A program made the translations under genes and the position numbers. A stretch of DNA of 63,957 nt, the filler included, from Choristocarpus tenellus KU-1152 (lineage: Eukaryota > Protista > Phaeophyceae), in assembly GCA_964200185.2 (NCBI GenBank). It is 10 parts of 10 records of this genome, joined end to end, with 100 filler letters (N's around TTAATTAATTAA, not from the genome) between each part and the next. Parts side by side here need not be neighbours in the genome. Positions count along the whole stretch, not along the records: positions 1 to 11,165 come from CAXNAD020002471.1; positions 11,266 to 24,314 come from CAXNAD020001603.1; 8 more parts are not named here. One strand, 5' to 3'. Below are positions 1-12,141 of this stretch, in pieces (position 1 is the stretch's first letter; every line of letters begins with the position of its first letter). The notes below the pieces were generated by a model. It saw nothing but the letters and a program-made list of their open reading frames with translations. It was not told the origin of the DNA and ran no database searches.

Positions 1-1558
1 CTGATAGTCAGCTATCCCCCACCTTTCAACCCCACACAAGTTATCACTCCCCTCAACCCCACAGCAGTTCCCACACCACTCAACGCCACTCCACAATCAT
101 CCAAGAACACCCCTTCATGATCCACTTCAACCCGTGCCTTTGAGCTAGAAGACATCTACCCCGCTGTAACTTGATCTCCCCTCCCCCCCCCACCCAGTAT
201 TCCCGTCGTTCGTGAGCAAGCGACAGGGTGGGTGGGCGGGAGAACTTGCTCGGAGGTTGCCTCGATCTCCCCTCCTCGTCCTGTACCCCTGGTTCTCTTC
301 CCTTTTATCAATCCTGAACGCTGTTTCCCCCTTTTTTCTACCACTCATTTCCGTTAACCTTCTCTTCCCTTCCTAACCATTCGTTCTCTTCCTGCTTCCT
401 TCTTTTTCTTTCCCCTGCCCACGCTTGTCCTGTGCCCCCAGACAACCAGAATTCTTCCGCCCACAAAACTCAGATTACTTCATAAACTCTCACTTTGTTG
501 GAATGCGACTCAACCATATCAGTTACACACCCTCTGATAGCTAGTGACCCTGGTACACCATCTCTCAACCGTAAAACCCGAACTTATCAATGTCGTCTTG
601 GACGCATATCCACCAATAAGTTAACTCTTCTTCTGTTCAAATTGCTTTTGTTTTCCAGCCTCAAGTTCCTAAAAAGATAATCACCTTGGGAAGTCCCATG
701 CATGCAGGTGAGACAGAATAGGAAGAGCATCTACTTGCGCACAGTCGCCTTGATATTCGCACGTTCAGTTTGCACAAGTTGATGTTTATACGCCATTACG
801 TGATCTGTGTGATCTGTGTTTGCCTGGGTGCGAAAACCAATACTAAGTAAGAAGCAGGAATTTCAGAGTATGGGGTCGAAGCTTTTACATAGTGGACATG
901 ACAGAGTGTCGATGGCATGCAACTGTTTAACACAGAACCTTATGCACTTAAGCCTCGAGCATTCGATTCAATAGCTCAAGTGATACACCTGAGGTCCAGG
1001 TAGGAATGATTCTCAGTGAAAGTCTTGACTGGAGGGAAGACAGGATGAGGCCTATGGTTCCACCACGTACCATCCATCATTTACCTCGAAAAGAGTAGGT
1101 GTAATAGTAAAGTCAGAATTTCGCACCTCCATTTGGGCCTCTTGCTAGTTAGAGAAGCCTTTCGCTTTGGGGTGCTAATGTATCCCACCAATCTGAGGCT
1201 GGTGGACTTCGCATGCCTCGCATTGTGTCCTAACTGTTCAATGGAATTAATGAAATATTTTCCAGTCCATTTTGACCTCTGATTTTAACCGAGAATTATT
1301 TCGGTTCACAACAATACTACTAGTACTAACAGAGTTTATCTACATACTTGAAAAAAAACACACAAGTGTATCTTTTGATTTGTGGCTTGAAACGTTTCGC
1401 TGAGGACGTTACAAGATACTCGGCATAAAAGAAGTTGATAATCATTTAGTATGTATAGTATATTTATTCCCTACATACGATATCTCGTATCTTAGATATG
1501 AATTTCCTCTCTCCCCCATCAAATTTCTTTACTAATGGGTTGACGAGAAAGGGCCAGT

Positions 1559-4500
1559 ATGTTTCGTCGGGGTCGTAAAGTGAAAGAAGCCGACCACAAC
1601 AAGGAAGTCAGAGAAAGAGGATCCCATCCTCCATTACTTCGTCTACATGTAAGTCACTTTGACTTAAAAAATCTTCAAAAGACAGATGAGGGGTTGCCAT
1701 CGAGACAAGCTCTCTACATTTTGTTGAGGTGAGTATCCTTGAATTGCAAAAATGTTGACAATCTCGTCTGTCATCTTCCAAACACTACATGCTTCCTCTA
1801 AATTGGACGCTGACGATTTTGGAAACCCTTGAGTCAGTCTTTACCATTCCGCCAACCATATTTTCGTATCGTTTTCGGACGCTATGGGAATACCTTAAAG
1901 ATGGGGTAGACAGACAGCAAGGACCGGCGTGTTGAAGGATTGTGAGGGAACTGGGATCTGGAATGACGACGTTTGCTTTGTGGTCGGAGATCCCAATTTC
2001 CTCAAGACTGGCATTGCAGTGGAGGCAAGTCCGCAACACAGAATCTCATGATTCATCACTACAAATTATTGGCACAACTTGCACTGATTAAATCACGCTT
2101 GTTGAATTTCTTCGCCTTAAAAGATGCTAGCAGTTATGATGAAGGCCATGGTAAGATGCATGGGGCTACACAATGAGGAGGAGCAAAACATTTTTGACAA
2201 TCTTTTCTAGACTAGGGGTCAAACAAGGGCAGGGGGAAAAGTTATCCAGTCTCAAGGGCATGTAGACGGGAAAGATCGAGTGATTCTTTTAGAGCTGAAA
2301 AGTCAAGATCTTACCAACCCTAACATCCCTCCTATGTACTTCCCCTGAGAAATATTCCCTATTGATAGTATCAATGCATTTTCCCGTCCTATTTTTTGTC
2401 CTTCAAAGAACAAGGAGAGAGAAACTGTGTATGAAGGGTAATCGGAAGATGTCACTACCCTGCTCATGCTTGGATGTCCGATTTGATTTCAGGTTAAAAA
2501 GGAGAAAATGGGAGACACGGCCACCTCTGGGGATGTGGCAATTGGACGGGGAGTCTTGCATGTGCCTGAGCTATCAGATACTACAGGACAACTTGCGAAT
2601 AAGACTATCCAATTGGTACGCGAAGACGGCAAGGGGAAGGAGCAGAGCAATGGTGTAATGGTCCTTCAAGTTCATCTCTCCTATGGGTCAGTTGGTGATG
2701 TCTGTACTGTCACCCCTGTTGCTCCCAGTAGTCAGGGCGGGGAGGAGCCCCCAAAGGATGGTTTTCCAGTTGAAGGTAAATGCCATAGAGTTGGGGAACG
2801 AAAAGGGGCAGAGCAGATAACATCATTTTCGGAAACAGGATTTACACCTGCCTCTGTGGAGGATTCCAAAGTGATCCAGAACTCCCCTGGTGGTCGTGAG
2901 ACTATAGTTGAGGCTCGTCTATTAGAGGTAGAGAGGAATCAGACTCTAGCAATACACGATGCAATAGAAAATACGAGAGCGGAGCCATGGTCTAACGCGG
3001 AAACAGTCCTGAAGACATCGATCCTGACGCTCTCCAAAATTTTGGCCAAGGGTGTGAGGCAGATCAGGAGGGGCCCACTGTGCAAGCAGCACCTATATAT
3101 GGTGGTGAGGTGGGTGGGGCAGATGGTTAAGACAAAGACAGACAGAGATGATGGAGGGAAAGGCTTGTGGGTGGATGAAAGTCTGCAACTGGAGATACAG
3201 CATCCAAAGGACTTGGAGCAACCCATACTTCTAGAGGTGAGAGAGGTTGCTGTCATTGGATTAAGTACGAAAAAGTGCTCTATTTCTTTCAGAAATTGGG
3301 CTGGTGAGATATGCAGAGCCTCTGAAAATTGCAGCTCCAAAAACAGCAGGAACATAGAGTATCACCCCGCAAAGATGACTATTTCTTGGTGTGCTCAGAG
3401 CACCACAATTTCTCAAATTTTGCAACCTTTTTGCAACAAATCGAAAGACCAACTGCCTACAGGTTTATTTTCCCCTCATCGTTCTCAAGTCCTACTACTT
3501 TTTTTTGTTCAAGATTTATTTTTTTGTTTTTGGTCGATTGGTTAATTGCTCGGGACTACTCTATTTTAATTCAGCATTGTTTATCAGATCGCCCCAACAG
3601 TGACAAGACACTGTGAAAAAAGGATGGGAGTTCTTCATTCTTCAAAGTGTCTATATTGATTTGGCATTTGGCTGATGCAGAACTTCATCCAAGCATTTGT
3701 ATCCAAATTCACATCCCTCCAGTGTTCTCCTTGCTGCCTTCACAATGTAATCCATAGCTCAATGATAGACCCAAAGTGTCTGGGGGGGTGGAGGTTCTAC
3801 ACCAGGGTGTTCATTTGGGGAAAAATCGGGAAAGTGCAATTTCATTATCCATCTGACGTATGCAACCAAATCACCCACTAATTGCGATATGAAAAAATTG
3901 ACCCCAAATGGACAGCCGCCACCCCCTCCCAGATACTTTGAGCCATACGTAGAACTGCAAATGCTGCCATTGCTAGGTGGGTCTTGATTTTGGTTGCATC
4001 TCTTTTCCTCTCTTACCACACACTCTTCCCTGTTTACCTGACCACCCTAGATTTGGAATGAGGCTCAGAGTGACAAGAACAAGGAAGATGATGTGATGGT
4101 AGGTCAAGGCAGTCTGTGTGTAAGAGGCAGGCAAGAAGAGGTCTGTAGCACATCATCAGAACGTTACACAGTGGGTGTGGTCTTCAAGGACAGAAGGCTT
4201 GTAAAGGAGAAAGGATGTGTGATCGAGCTCGAGGCCTCGTGGACAACATCAAAGGTCCTGTTTTCAGGGCAGCACGGGGCTCTTCCATCACAAGGACAGA
4301 CCAGAGCTGATCAAGAAGCAATGAATGAAGATTGGGGAAGGACAGAACCTTTTGTGATTGTTCCTTCATCTCGCACCCTCTCCTCAAACCCCATTAGTCA
4401 TATCGTTCCGGAGGTTCTAGCAACTCCTGCATCAGTTACTCCAGGCTTGCGGCAACAGTTGGAAACTGAGACAACGAATAGGACGACCCAGCACGGCAGT

Positions 4501-7500
4501 CCCCAACAGGTGGAAATAGAGTCATTTCTGACCCAAACCAAACAGTCTTCTTGGAGTGGTTCGGAACTGACTGAGCCCAAGATCAAGCTGGTAATGTCGA
4601 GAATGGAGGCAACAAATCTACCACAGACTGAGAGCATCTTACTAGGAGGGAAGCAGGTACGTTTCATCGGAGTGGTTTTCCAATTGTCTACCGGAGTAAA
4701 CTTGAAACTACATTGGGAATTGGCAGTCACAAGCACTCTGTTGAGTATCTTAGTTCTTGTGGTAGTAGACTGAGATTAGTGTTTTGGGGTGATGGGCAAA
4801 ATGAAGATTTGGTTTTCTGCAAGTGACGTTTGATTCTCTTTTTTAATATGGCGGAATAAAGAAAAAAAATACATGGAGAGGATGCATATACACCATACCG
4901 TGCTAGATACCCCCTCCACTACATAAGCTAATTCCCAGTGAACATTGTTGGCAGCAAAGGGGAATGTTGACGGGCAGAGGCTTCTTATTCCTTCCATGTG
5001 CCATTTTTTTTCTCTCCTAGTCCATTAGTGCATATTTTTTAGTGCCAAATCCATTGGTGCTTGATATTCTGCTCCTGTCTCCCATTTCGGCTATTCAAGA
5101 ATCCATACATACAAGCAGCACTTGCGGAGCACCACGTGGAAAGCACCGTGCAGGAATATTCTGAAGGAAAATGCTCGTGGCTAGGAGAAATGCTGACCTT
5201 GGAAGCCTGTTCATTTTCTGTGCTAGCAGGTGGACTTGTTCTGAAGGCAAGACCAAACACCTTACCCTTTCCGCACAGTTGCATATTAGCATGTATCAGT
5301 TCGTTTCAGTTGATCAGGTCGATGGCGTAGGGAAACTGATCCTCTCTCACGTGCCTCTCTTTGCTGATTTTTCTTCATGTGCTGATACACTGTTTTCCTT
5401 CTTAGATCTGGAACAAGAACGCGGTGAAGGATGATCTCATAGGGGAGTCTTTTATATCTGGGGAGGCCTTGGCGAGGGCGAGAGCAGCAGCTGCTTCCTC
5501 CCAAGACCAGGTCCATGCCCTGAAGGTGATTACCCTGTTTGTTTGATTTTTCAAATATTATTATTTTCTAGCCAAATCTTCTCTTTGCATCATTTTCTGA
5601 GTCACCCTCAGCAATTTCTCTGACGATATCAGAGGACAGCCGTGAAAAAAAATATGCTCAAAATCGACAGACACTACTTGAGGTCTGTCTCTATGGGATC
5701 TCAGTACCGTCAGATATATATATATATATATATATATATTCACCCTTGTGGCTACATAGAATAGTGATAGGATGGAACTATGTCTATGGATCATGCTTGC
5801 CCAGTTTGTAAAAAAGAACATTTAACTTACTGTTTCAGTATCCACTTCAAGGTGCAGTACCTCAATAACTAAACACAATATCACCAAACACAATAACACT
5901 ACACACAATAACACTGCAGCCACCGATACTTCCTTCGTGATGAAAAACACAACCAATAACTTCATTGGAGAAGCTCCAGCTTGCTCGACCAAGGAAGGGG
6001 GGACAGGGTCACCTTACGCTTGCACTTGGGTTCCATTTCATTTGTGTGGGCTCAGTGGGCCAGGATTGTTCCACGCAAAGGGGAGCATCACAAACTTCAC
6101 CACCGTGGGCAGAAGCCGAAGCGGTTGAGGAAGGGTTGTCACCAGACAAGACTCACAGTCAGTCTAGAGATTCAGGTGGAGCGGGGAATCTTCACCAACG
6201 AGAAATTATGCTGGAGGAGGCGGTGGACGATAGTACTCCACTTAAGGCGACAGGCACGCTGGTCTTCACAGATATCCAGGTATTGCGGGGGGGAAAAACT
6301 GTCGAGAGCCACAACATTGTTCGAAGTATTCCACAAGAAACAACTTGAACAAGCACAAACAAGGCGGGGAACAAAGGTTGTAGAACGTCTGACATCTCCT
6401 ATTCTTCTGGTTGCCTTCCTGAACGTCTCCTTTCATCCACAATCCCTTCCTGCCGCCTCCCGTGGTCCCTGTCTTCATGGACGATGGACCTCTAGGCTCG
6501 TGAGCTCCCAGACACGGAACAAGGGGGAGGAATCCTCGGACTGTACAGACAATATTTGTACCTCGTTATTCGCTTTGGTTCGGATGAGGCACGAACCACC
6601 ACTGTGGCAAGTGGGGAGGGGAGGAGTGCGGTGTGGGTTGGAGAAGTAATATCACTCACGTGCACGGATGATGTGTTGCTGGGACCGGGTGTTACTATCG
6701 AGGTAAACAGCTATTGTGCAATGGAACAAGGGCGCATTATGTGGTGTGTGTAGGAAGAAGACACCCAACAATGGACAGTCGACATGAAATAAGCTTACAC
6801 TTTTTGGGGGAAACAAAAAAAAGTATATGTTCAGGATATACGTAGTATTCAGTGGGAATATTCCTGCAGGCTATGTATGAAGCACCACTGTGACGATGAA
6901 ACCTCCAGATGAGATCCTCACATCTCTTGCATCTCTGACTTTCAGCTCACCAGTTACCTTGTCCTATTCCTTCTTCTGGTGTCAAGATTTGGAACGTAAA
7001 CCCCGGCACGAATGTCCTTGTTGGGAAAACTGTTGTATCTGGTCGAAGGCTGCGGGCACTTGTCCTTCGGAAGGGGGAGGCAGCCACAGTTGATCTTCCT
7101 CTCTCAAGGGAGGGCGAGAGGTGGGGATCTAGTGCCGTATGTGTATTTGTACATGGACCGTGTCAGCACTATTCTCATGCATGGAAGGTCATTCAAACAG
7201 GTCTCAAAAGCTCTGACATCGTTTGAAAAACGTTTTGGTGCAGTGTTCCTCCTCCCGCTGACCTCTATTGTTACCGTCTTTGAAGATTATTTGACCAATA
7301 GTATCTTAGAGGGGGGTGTGCTTAGCCCACACTGTCAATTTGAGGCTTAATGGGGTGTTGGAAGATACCACAGTTTGATGCCAATTTTGCAAGTTATTTC
7401 CTTCGGATTTGGTTCAGGGAAGGGGGATGGAAAAGGAAGGTAGTTACCTTCAGATGAAGGAAATTACCTTTGCATCTGAAATGTCCACTCATATGACAAG

Positions 7501-10279
7501 GAAATCACTACAGGTTCACAACCGCCTCAAATGGACACCTGACCCCCCCCTCCCCTAGGACACTATGGATCTTTCCTTGGTGATTTGTTTCATGGGGATT
7601 GGGTCTAGGGCACTGTAAGAGGGGTGTCTCCCTCCTTGCTGGGACAAGTTGCTTCCTCATTTATTTATTTTCAGATGAACATGGAAGGCGATGTATCTCT
7701 CCTCCAGAAGTACTCACAACGGGACGAAAAAGACAGGACATGAACATCCACATAGACGTACACAGCCTCGTGCCACATTGTACGCTTATGTATTTCCAAA
7801 TATACATATGCACAGGGGCCATGTGGAAACGAAGGGTTTCATCATGGCGACAGTAGAGCTATTCCTAGAGACTGAGCAGCAACCCCCTACCAGAGGTGGA
7901 GCTGGGTGGGAAGCTAAGGATGCAGGTGTCACAGATGGCAGCACCTGGAGTAGCAGAAATGTGGAGGGACTCATCGGAGACAAGACAAGGAAGCAGGGCT
8001 CCCTAAAATTCTTTGGGATGACTGTGTATAATCTTCCTCAGAGTGAAGGACTCATGTTTGGTGGCAAGCAGGTTAGTATATACTTTAAGAATGAGTTGTA
8101 TCTTGTCTTGCACAGGTGCCCTAGTGGTTCATAACTCTTAACCAGAGCTGGAAGCCAGTGGACTTATTTGAATGAATGCCCAACGCTCCATCCTTAGTGT
8201 AGTTATTCTGGAGCAAATTGTGGTGGTCTTATTTCCGTCGTCCAAGAATGGTTTTCAACTTGACCCTTTTGCCAAAACTCTGATGCGGCTCTTCTACTAT
8301 ACCCTCACCCACAACAAAAGAGAACTTGAATGGACAAGCCTTAACATCACTGCTCTTTGAATCTCCCTTGGCTGTAGGACCCCTATCTAGTACTTGCACT
8401 CGGAAAGATTCTTGATCGGTCCAAAACAACCACAAACCGGGGCAGAATATGTGAGTGGGGAGGGCAGACCCTGAGCCTGAGGCTGGCCAGTGAGGATACT
8501 GACGGACAACGATTTCATTGGGATGAAGTGCTCTCCATTAAGGTGATGCCTTATGACCAACATGGATTCTTGTGGCCTCCTGCCTGAAGAGTCAAAGTAT
8601 CTTAGAGGGTATAGCTGTGTCTATTTTGGGGGCAAAATCTAAAGTCGCAATTTTGATGTGAGTTTGACTATTATGTTTATTAGAGATGTCGATATCCTTG
8701 TTCTGGATACTCCTTTTCATAACGTAAACATTTTACCAACTCCAAAATATTTTGGGGTAGGTAAAACGTCATTAAAGAGAACATGGGAAGCCAAGCCCTA
8801 AATGAATAAACAGGGAAAAAATCGCGCCCTCTAAGATACTTTCGCTCTGAATTCGTGTAGCCTTTGTTCCTTTTGCCTATTACACAACATTTCTTCTTGC
8901 ACATTCCCATTTAGCTTAGTCAGCCTCTAGGTGAGGTAGGAGTCGTATTCAATTCCACACCACAGGGAAATTTTTCCACTCAACGGATTTCCTTCCCTGT
9001 GTGATGTGTTACGGTGAATGCATGTCTACCTGTTGTGTGGGATTCCCATGATCTCGAAGGTTCTCAACGATAACTCTCCTCGCAACGACGTGCCCATTGG
9101 GGAGGGGCTTGTGAACGCTAAAGATATCAGGGAGATCTTGAGCTTTCAAGGAAAGATACGGTGAGAGACGCCTTCCAGATTCAACCAGCTCGTGAACGCA
9201 CCTGGGTCAAGGAAGGGGAATGGGGGGGAGAACGGGGTCAACCCTATTGGTATGGATGGCCCAGGTTTCATGTCCACAAAGAGAGCGCACACAGCTACTG
9301 AACCACGAGTGAAAGTATCTTAGAGGGTACGAGTTTTGCCCTGTTTGTCCATTTGGGGCTTGACTTCCCTTGGGGTTTTTATGATGTTTTCCTACTCCGA
9401 AATATTTCGGAATATATAAAATGTACACGTTATGGGAAGGTGGGTTTAGAACAAGGATATTGACCCTTCCTAACAAACACGATAGCCAAAATTACATCAG
9501 AATCGCAACATTGGGTGTTGACTCCAAATGGACGCGGGTCTACCTTCTAAGGACCCCAAGTATCTAGGAGGAGGGGGGGGGGGGTTATACCAGAGTGTCC
9601 ATTTGGGGCAAAATCAGGAAAAGTACATTTACAATATCCATGTGACGCATGCAAACAAATCACCCAAAATTGCGACATGAAAAAATTGACCCCAAATGGA
9701 CAGCCGCCACCCCCTCCCAGATACTTTGAGCCAAGATACGTTAACTCGTAGAGCCGAGTCCATATGGGGACCAAAATCCAATGCTTCACTTTTGATGTAG
9801 TTTTTTCTATCATGTTTATTAGGAGGTGTCAATATCCTCGTTCCAGACACACCATTTTATAACATACATTTTACCTACTCCGAAACATCTCGGGGTAGAT
9901 AAAATGTCATTAAAATCCCGTTGGGAAGCGAACCCCCACAAATGGACAAACAAGGAAAAAATCGTACCCTCCAAGTTACTTTCATTCCATTGAAGACAAT
10001 CTTGACCGATTTTGTCGTTATTTCAAATATTTTCTTGCTCTTGAGAGAGGGAGAGAGTTTGGGCAAGACCGAATTAGATTTAACAGTTACTGCCCTACCT
10101 CACACTGTCGCCCTTCGTTGGTTATTGTCAGATCAATCCGTATTAAACTCCGAAGGCCAGGAAAGAGTCCGATTATCACTCTGGCAATGTCCAGCGTGTT
10201 TGTTCCAGACAACGAGAGCCAAGTACTTGGGGAGGATGCAGCAGCGGACGATATGAATGAGGACGACGTGTCACGCATG
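1559..10279 (+). CDS. Multi-exon gene encoding a protein with at least five tandem C2 domains (3' end missing)
   Basis: Phase-compatible exons: 1559-1728, 1901-2024, 2493-3236, 4051-4656, 5100-5246, 5406-5525, 5974-6279, 6496-6702, 6987-7120, 7816-8071, 8378-8542, 9060-9160, 10132-10279. The spliced product repeats C2 motifs: NLPQTES..GGKQ|NPYIQ, LVLK|IWNKNAVKDDLIGES, NLPQSE..GGKQ|DPYLVL, LSIK|VLNDNSPRNDVPIGEG, ILLE|IWNE..DDVMVGQG, VTIE|IWNVNPGTNVLVGK. The ATG at 1559 is tentative. Confidence 0.8.
3768..3944. mobile_element. MITE family A copy (intronic)
   Basis: TIRs GACCCAAAGTGTCT / AGATACTTTGAGCC, 3-bp TSD ATA. The interior is homologous to the other family A copies. Confidence 0.85.
7293..7571. 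mobile_element. MITE family C copy (intronic)
   Basis: Ends GACCAATAGTATCTTAGAGG / CCTAGGACACTATGGATC, TSD TTT. The interior is homologous to 55741-56015. Confidence 0.75.
8589..8847. mobile_element. MITE family B copy (Sola-type GAG...CTC ends)
   Basis: TIRs GAGTCAAAGTATCTTAGAGGG / CCCTCTAAGATACTTTCGCTC, flanked by the 4-bp TSD TGAA. Confidence 0.85.
9307..9987. mobile_element. Inverted pair of family B MITEs with a nested family A MITE
   Basis: A family B copy at 9307-~9745 is followed by an oppositely oriented family B copy at ~9746-9987. Family A is inserted at 9552-9732. Confidence 0.75.
9552..9732. mobile_element. MITE family A copy inserted into a family B TIR
   Basis: GACCCCAAGTATCT...AGATACTTTGAGCC with TSD AAG. 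Removing it restores CCTTCTAAGATAC, the family B right TIR. Confidence 0.85.
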
Positions 10280-10655
10280 GCAAGTCCTCACTTCCTTACA
10301 AATGCCTGTGCACTGAAGATCACCAGTTTACTCTCATATCTCCGTTCTCCACGATGGTCTTGTCAAACAGGGGCTACAGGACCCCGTTGTCACTTAGTAC
10401 CGCGCATACTGTGCACGAGTATAAAAAAGACATTTGCAGCTTTGACAAAAAAAACAAACTATTACAGAGCTACTCAGTTTGAAAAAGTCATGCCTTGAAT
10501 CATACTTAGCTCCAGTTCGTCCACTGTGAACGGCAACGTGTGCTACGGCTCTGTCGTAGATCACAGATCACCAGAAGAAGACTAGTTACGCCACTTGCAT
10601 ATTACCTGTTGTGTGGGGTGTTGAGCCAGATTAATTGAGCGGCGCACCCAGCTTT

Positions 10656-11021
10656 GAGCGAAAATATCTTAGAGGGTACGAGTTTTTCCTTGTTTGCCCG
10701 ATTGGGGCTTGACTTCCCATGTTTTTTTATTAAAATGACATTTTACCTACTCCGAATGTCTTGGAGTAGGTAAAATGTATACACTATGTAAAGGTGTATC
10801 CGGAACAAGGATATTGACACCCCCCTAACAAACACGATAACCATAACTACATCAAAATCGCTACATTATTTTTTGGCCCCCAAACTGACGCGGCTCCGCC
10901 CTCTAAGATACTTTTACCTCTAAGATACTTTTACCTCTAAGATACTTTTACCTCTAAGATACTTTTACCTCTAAGATACTTTTACCTCTAAGATACTTTT
11001 ACCTCTAAGATACTTTTACTC
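10656..11021. mobile_element. MITE family B copy with a tandemly amplified right TIR
   Basis: Left end GAGCGAAAATATCTTAGAGGG. The right end carries seven tandem 17-bp CCTCTAAGATACTTTTA units (10900-11018), then CTC. Confidence 0.85.
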
Positions 11022-11133
11022 ATATACGCCGTTTTGCAAGTTTACTACGTTTTTCAAACTTTGGCATTTCGCTGGCATTTCTATGGATGGAGGTGCTAGG
11101 TTTGACTTGAGGGCATTTACTTTTCCGTTATTT

Positions 11134-11165
11134 GACCCAAAGCATCTGGGGGGGGGGGGGGGGGG
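11134..11165. mobile_element. MITE family A left end, truncated by contig end
   Basis: GACCCAAAGCATCTGGGGG... runs into the gap. Confidence 0.6.
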
Positions 11166-11265
11166 NNNNNNNNNNNNNNNNNNNNNNNNNNNNNNNNNNN
11201 NNNNNNNNNTTAATTAATTAANNNNNNNNNNNNNNNNNNNNNNNNNNNNNNNNNNNNNNNNNNNN
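11166..11265. other. Artificial contig linker (N44-TTAATTAATTAA-N44)
   Basis: Six-frame-stop spacer flanked by Ns. Identical linkers lie at 24315-24414, 30513-30612, 35510-35609, 41123-41222, 44229-44328, 46925-47024, 54210-54309 and 61206-61305. Confidence 0.98.
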
Positions 11266-11365
11266 ACAGTGTTGGGGACATCTGACTCCACATACGGGTG
11301 ATGTTGGTGTTGGTACTGGTGTTGGTACTGATGTTGGTACTGGTGTTGGTACACACACATATATA

Positions 11366-12141
11366 CAGTACTGTGCAAAAAGTTTAGTACAAGTACAAAA
11401 TTGAAGTTCCAGACAGGACAACGATCCAAAACATACAACAAAGAAGAACCTTTTGCCTATTTGAAAAGAAGAACCTTCTTTTGCCTATTTGAAAAGAACC
11501 TTTAGCCTATTTGAAAGGTGACCGGTGGCCTGCGACCTTGATGGAATGGCCTGCACAGTCGCCTGATTTAAATCCCATTGAGAACCTATGGCATCATCTA
11601 GACTCGCAAGCTCAAAAGAGGTTAACAAAACCCCAAAACCTGGATGGCTTGTTCGTGTTCGGTGCGCTTCGAGAAGAGTGGGAGAACATAAATAAAACAT
11701 AAATCCGGAATATCTCAAGAATCATCGTGCACTCCATGCCAAAAAGATGCAGAGATGTCGTGGACGCTAAAGGATATTGGACCAAGTATTAGATAGAAGA
11801 CAAAGAACTGCTTTAAATTTGGTTATAGTATAGTTATAGTATAGTTATGGTATAGTTATAGTATAGTTATGGTATAGTTATTGTACAGTTATAGTATAGT
11901 TACAGTATAGTTATAGTATAGTTATAGTATAGTTATAGTCAGCTTACGGCGAAATGTAAACATCGTTTTTTTTTGCAAAATTCACAGTATAATAGGAACC
12001 AATGAAGTGGTTCCTTCCGTAACAATTTAGGACCAATGAGGTCCTTATTAGGCATAATAACAATAAGCATGGCAAAATTTCCCGTAGGAACGTACAAAAG
12101 AGTCAAATTCATGTTTGTACTAAACTTTTTGCACAGTACTG
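11366..12141 (+). mobile_element. Non-autonomous Tc1/mariner element (internal deletion derivative)
   Basis: Perfect 27-bp TIRs CAGTACTGTGCAAAAAGTTTAGTACAA with TA on both flanks. The interior (~11530-11792) encodes the Tc1 transposase C-terminus WPAQSPDLNPIENLW...SMPKRCRDVVDAKGYWTKY*, with disablements. Confidence 0.92.
11822..11938. repeat. (GTTATAGTATA)n minisatellite inside the Tc1 element
   Basis: Directly visible 11-bp tandem repeat. Confidence 0.9.

Noticed and set aside
3768-11021. MITEs acting as introner (intron-creating) elements
   Set aside because: They lie inside larger introns and do not supply the splice sites.
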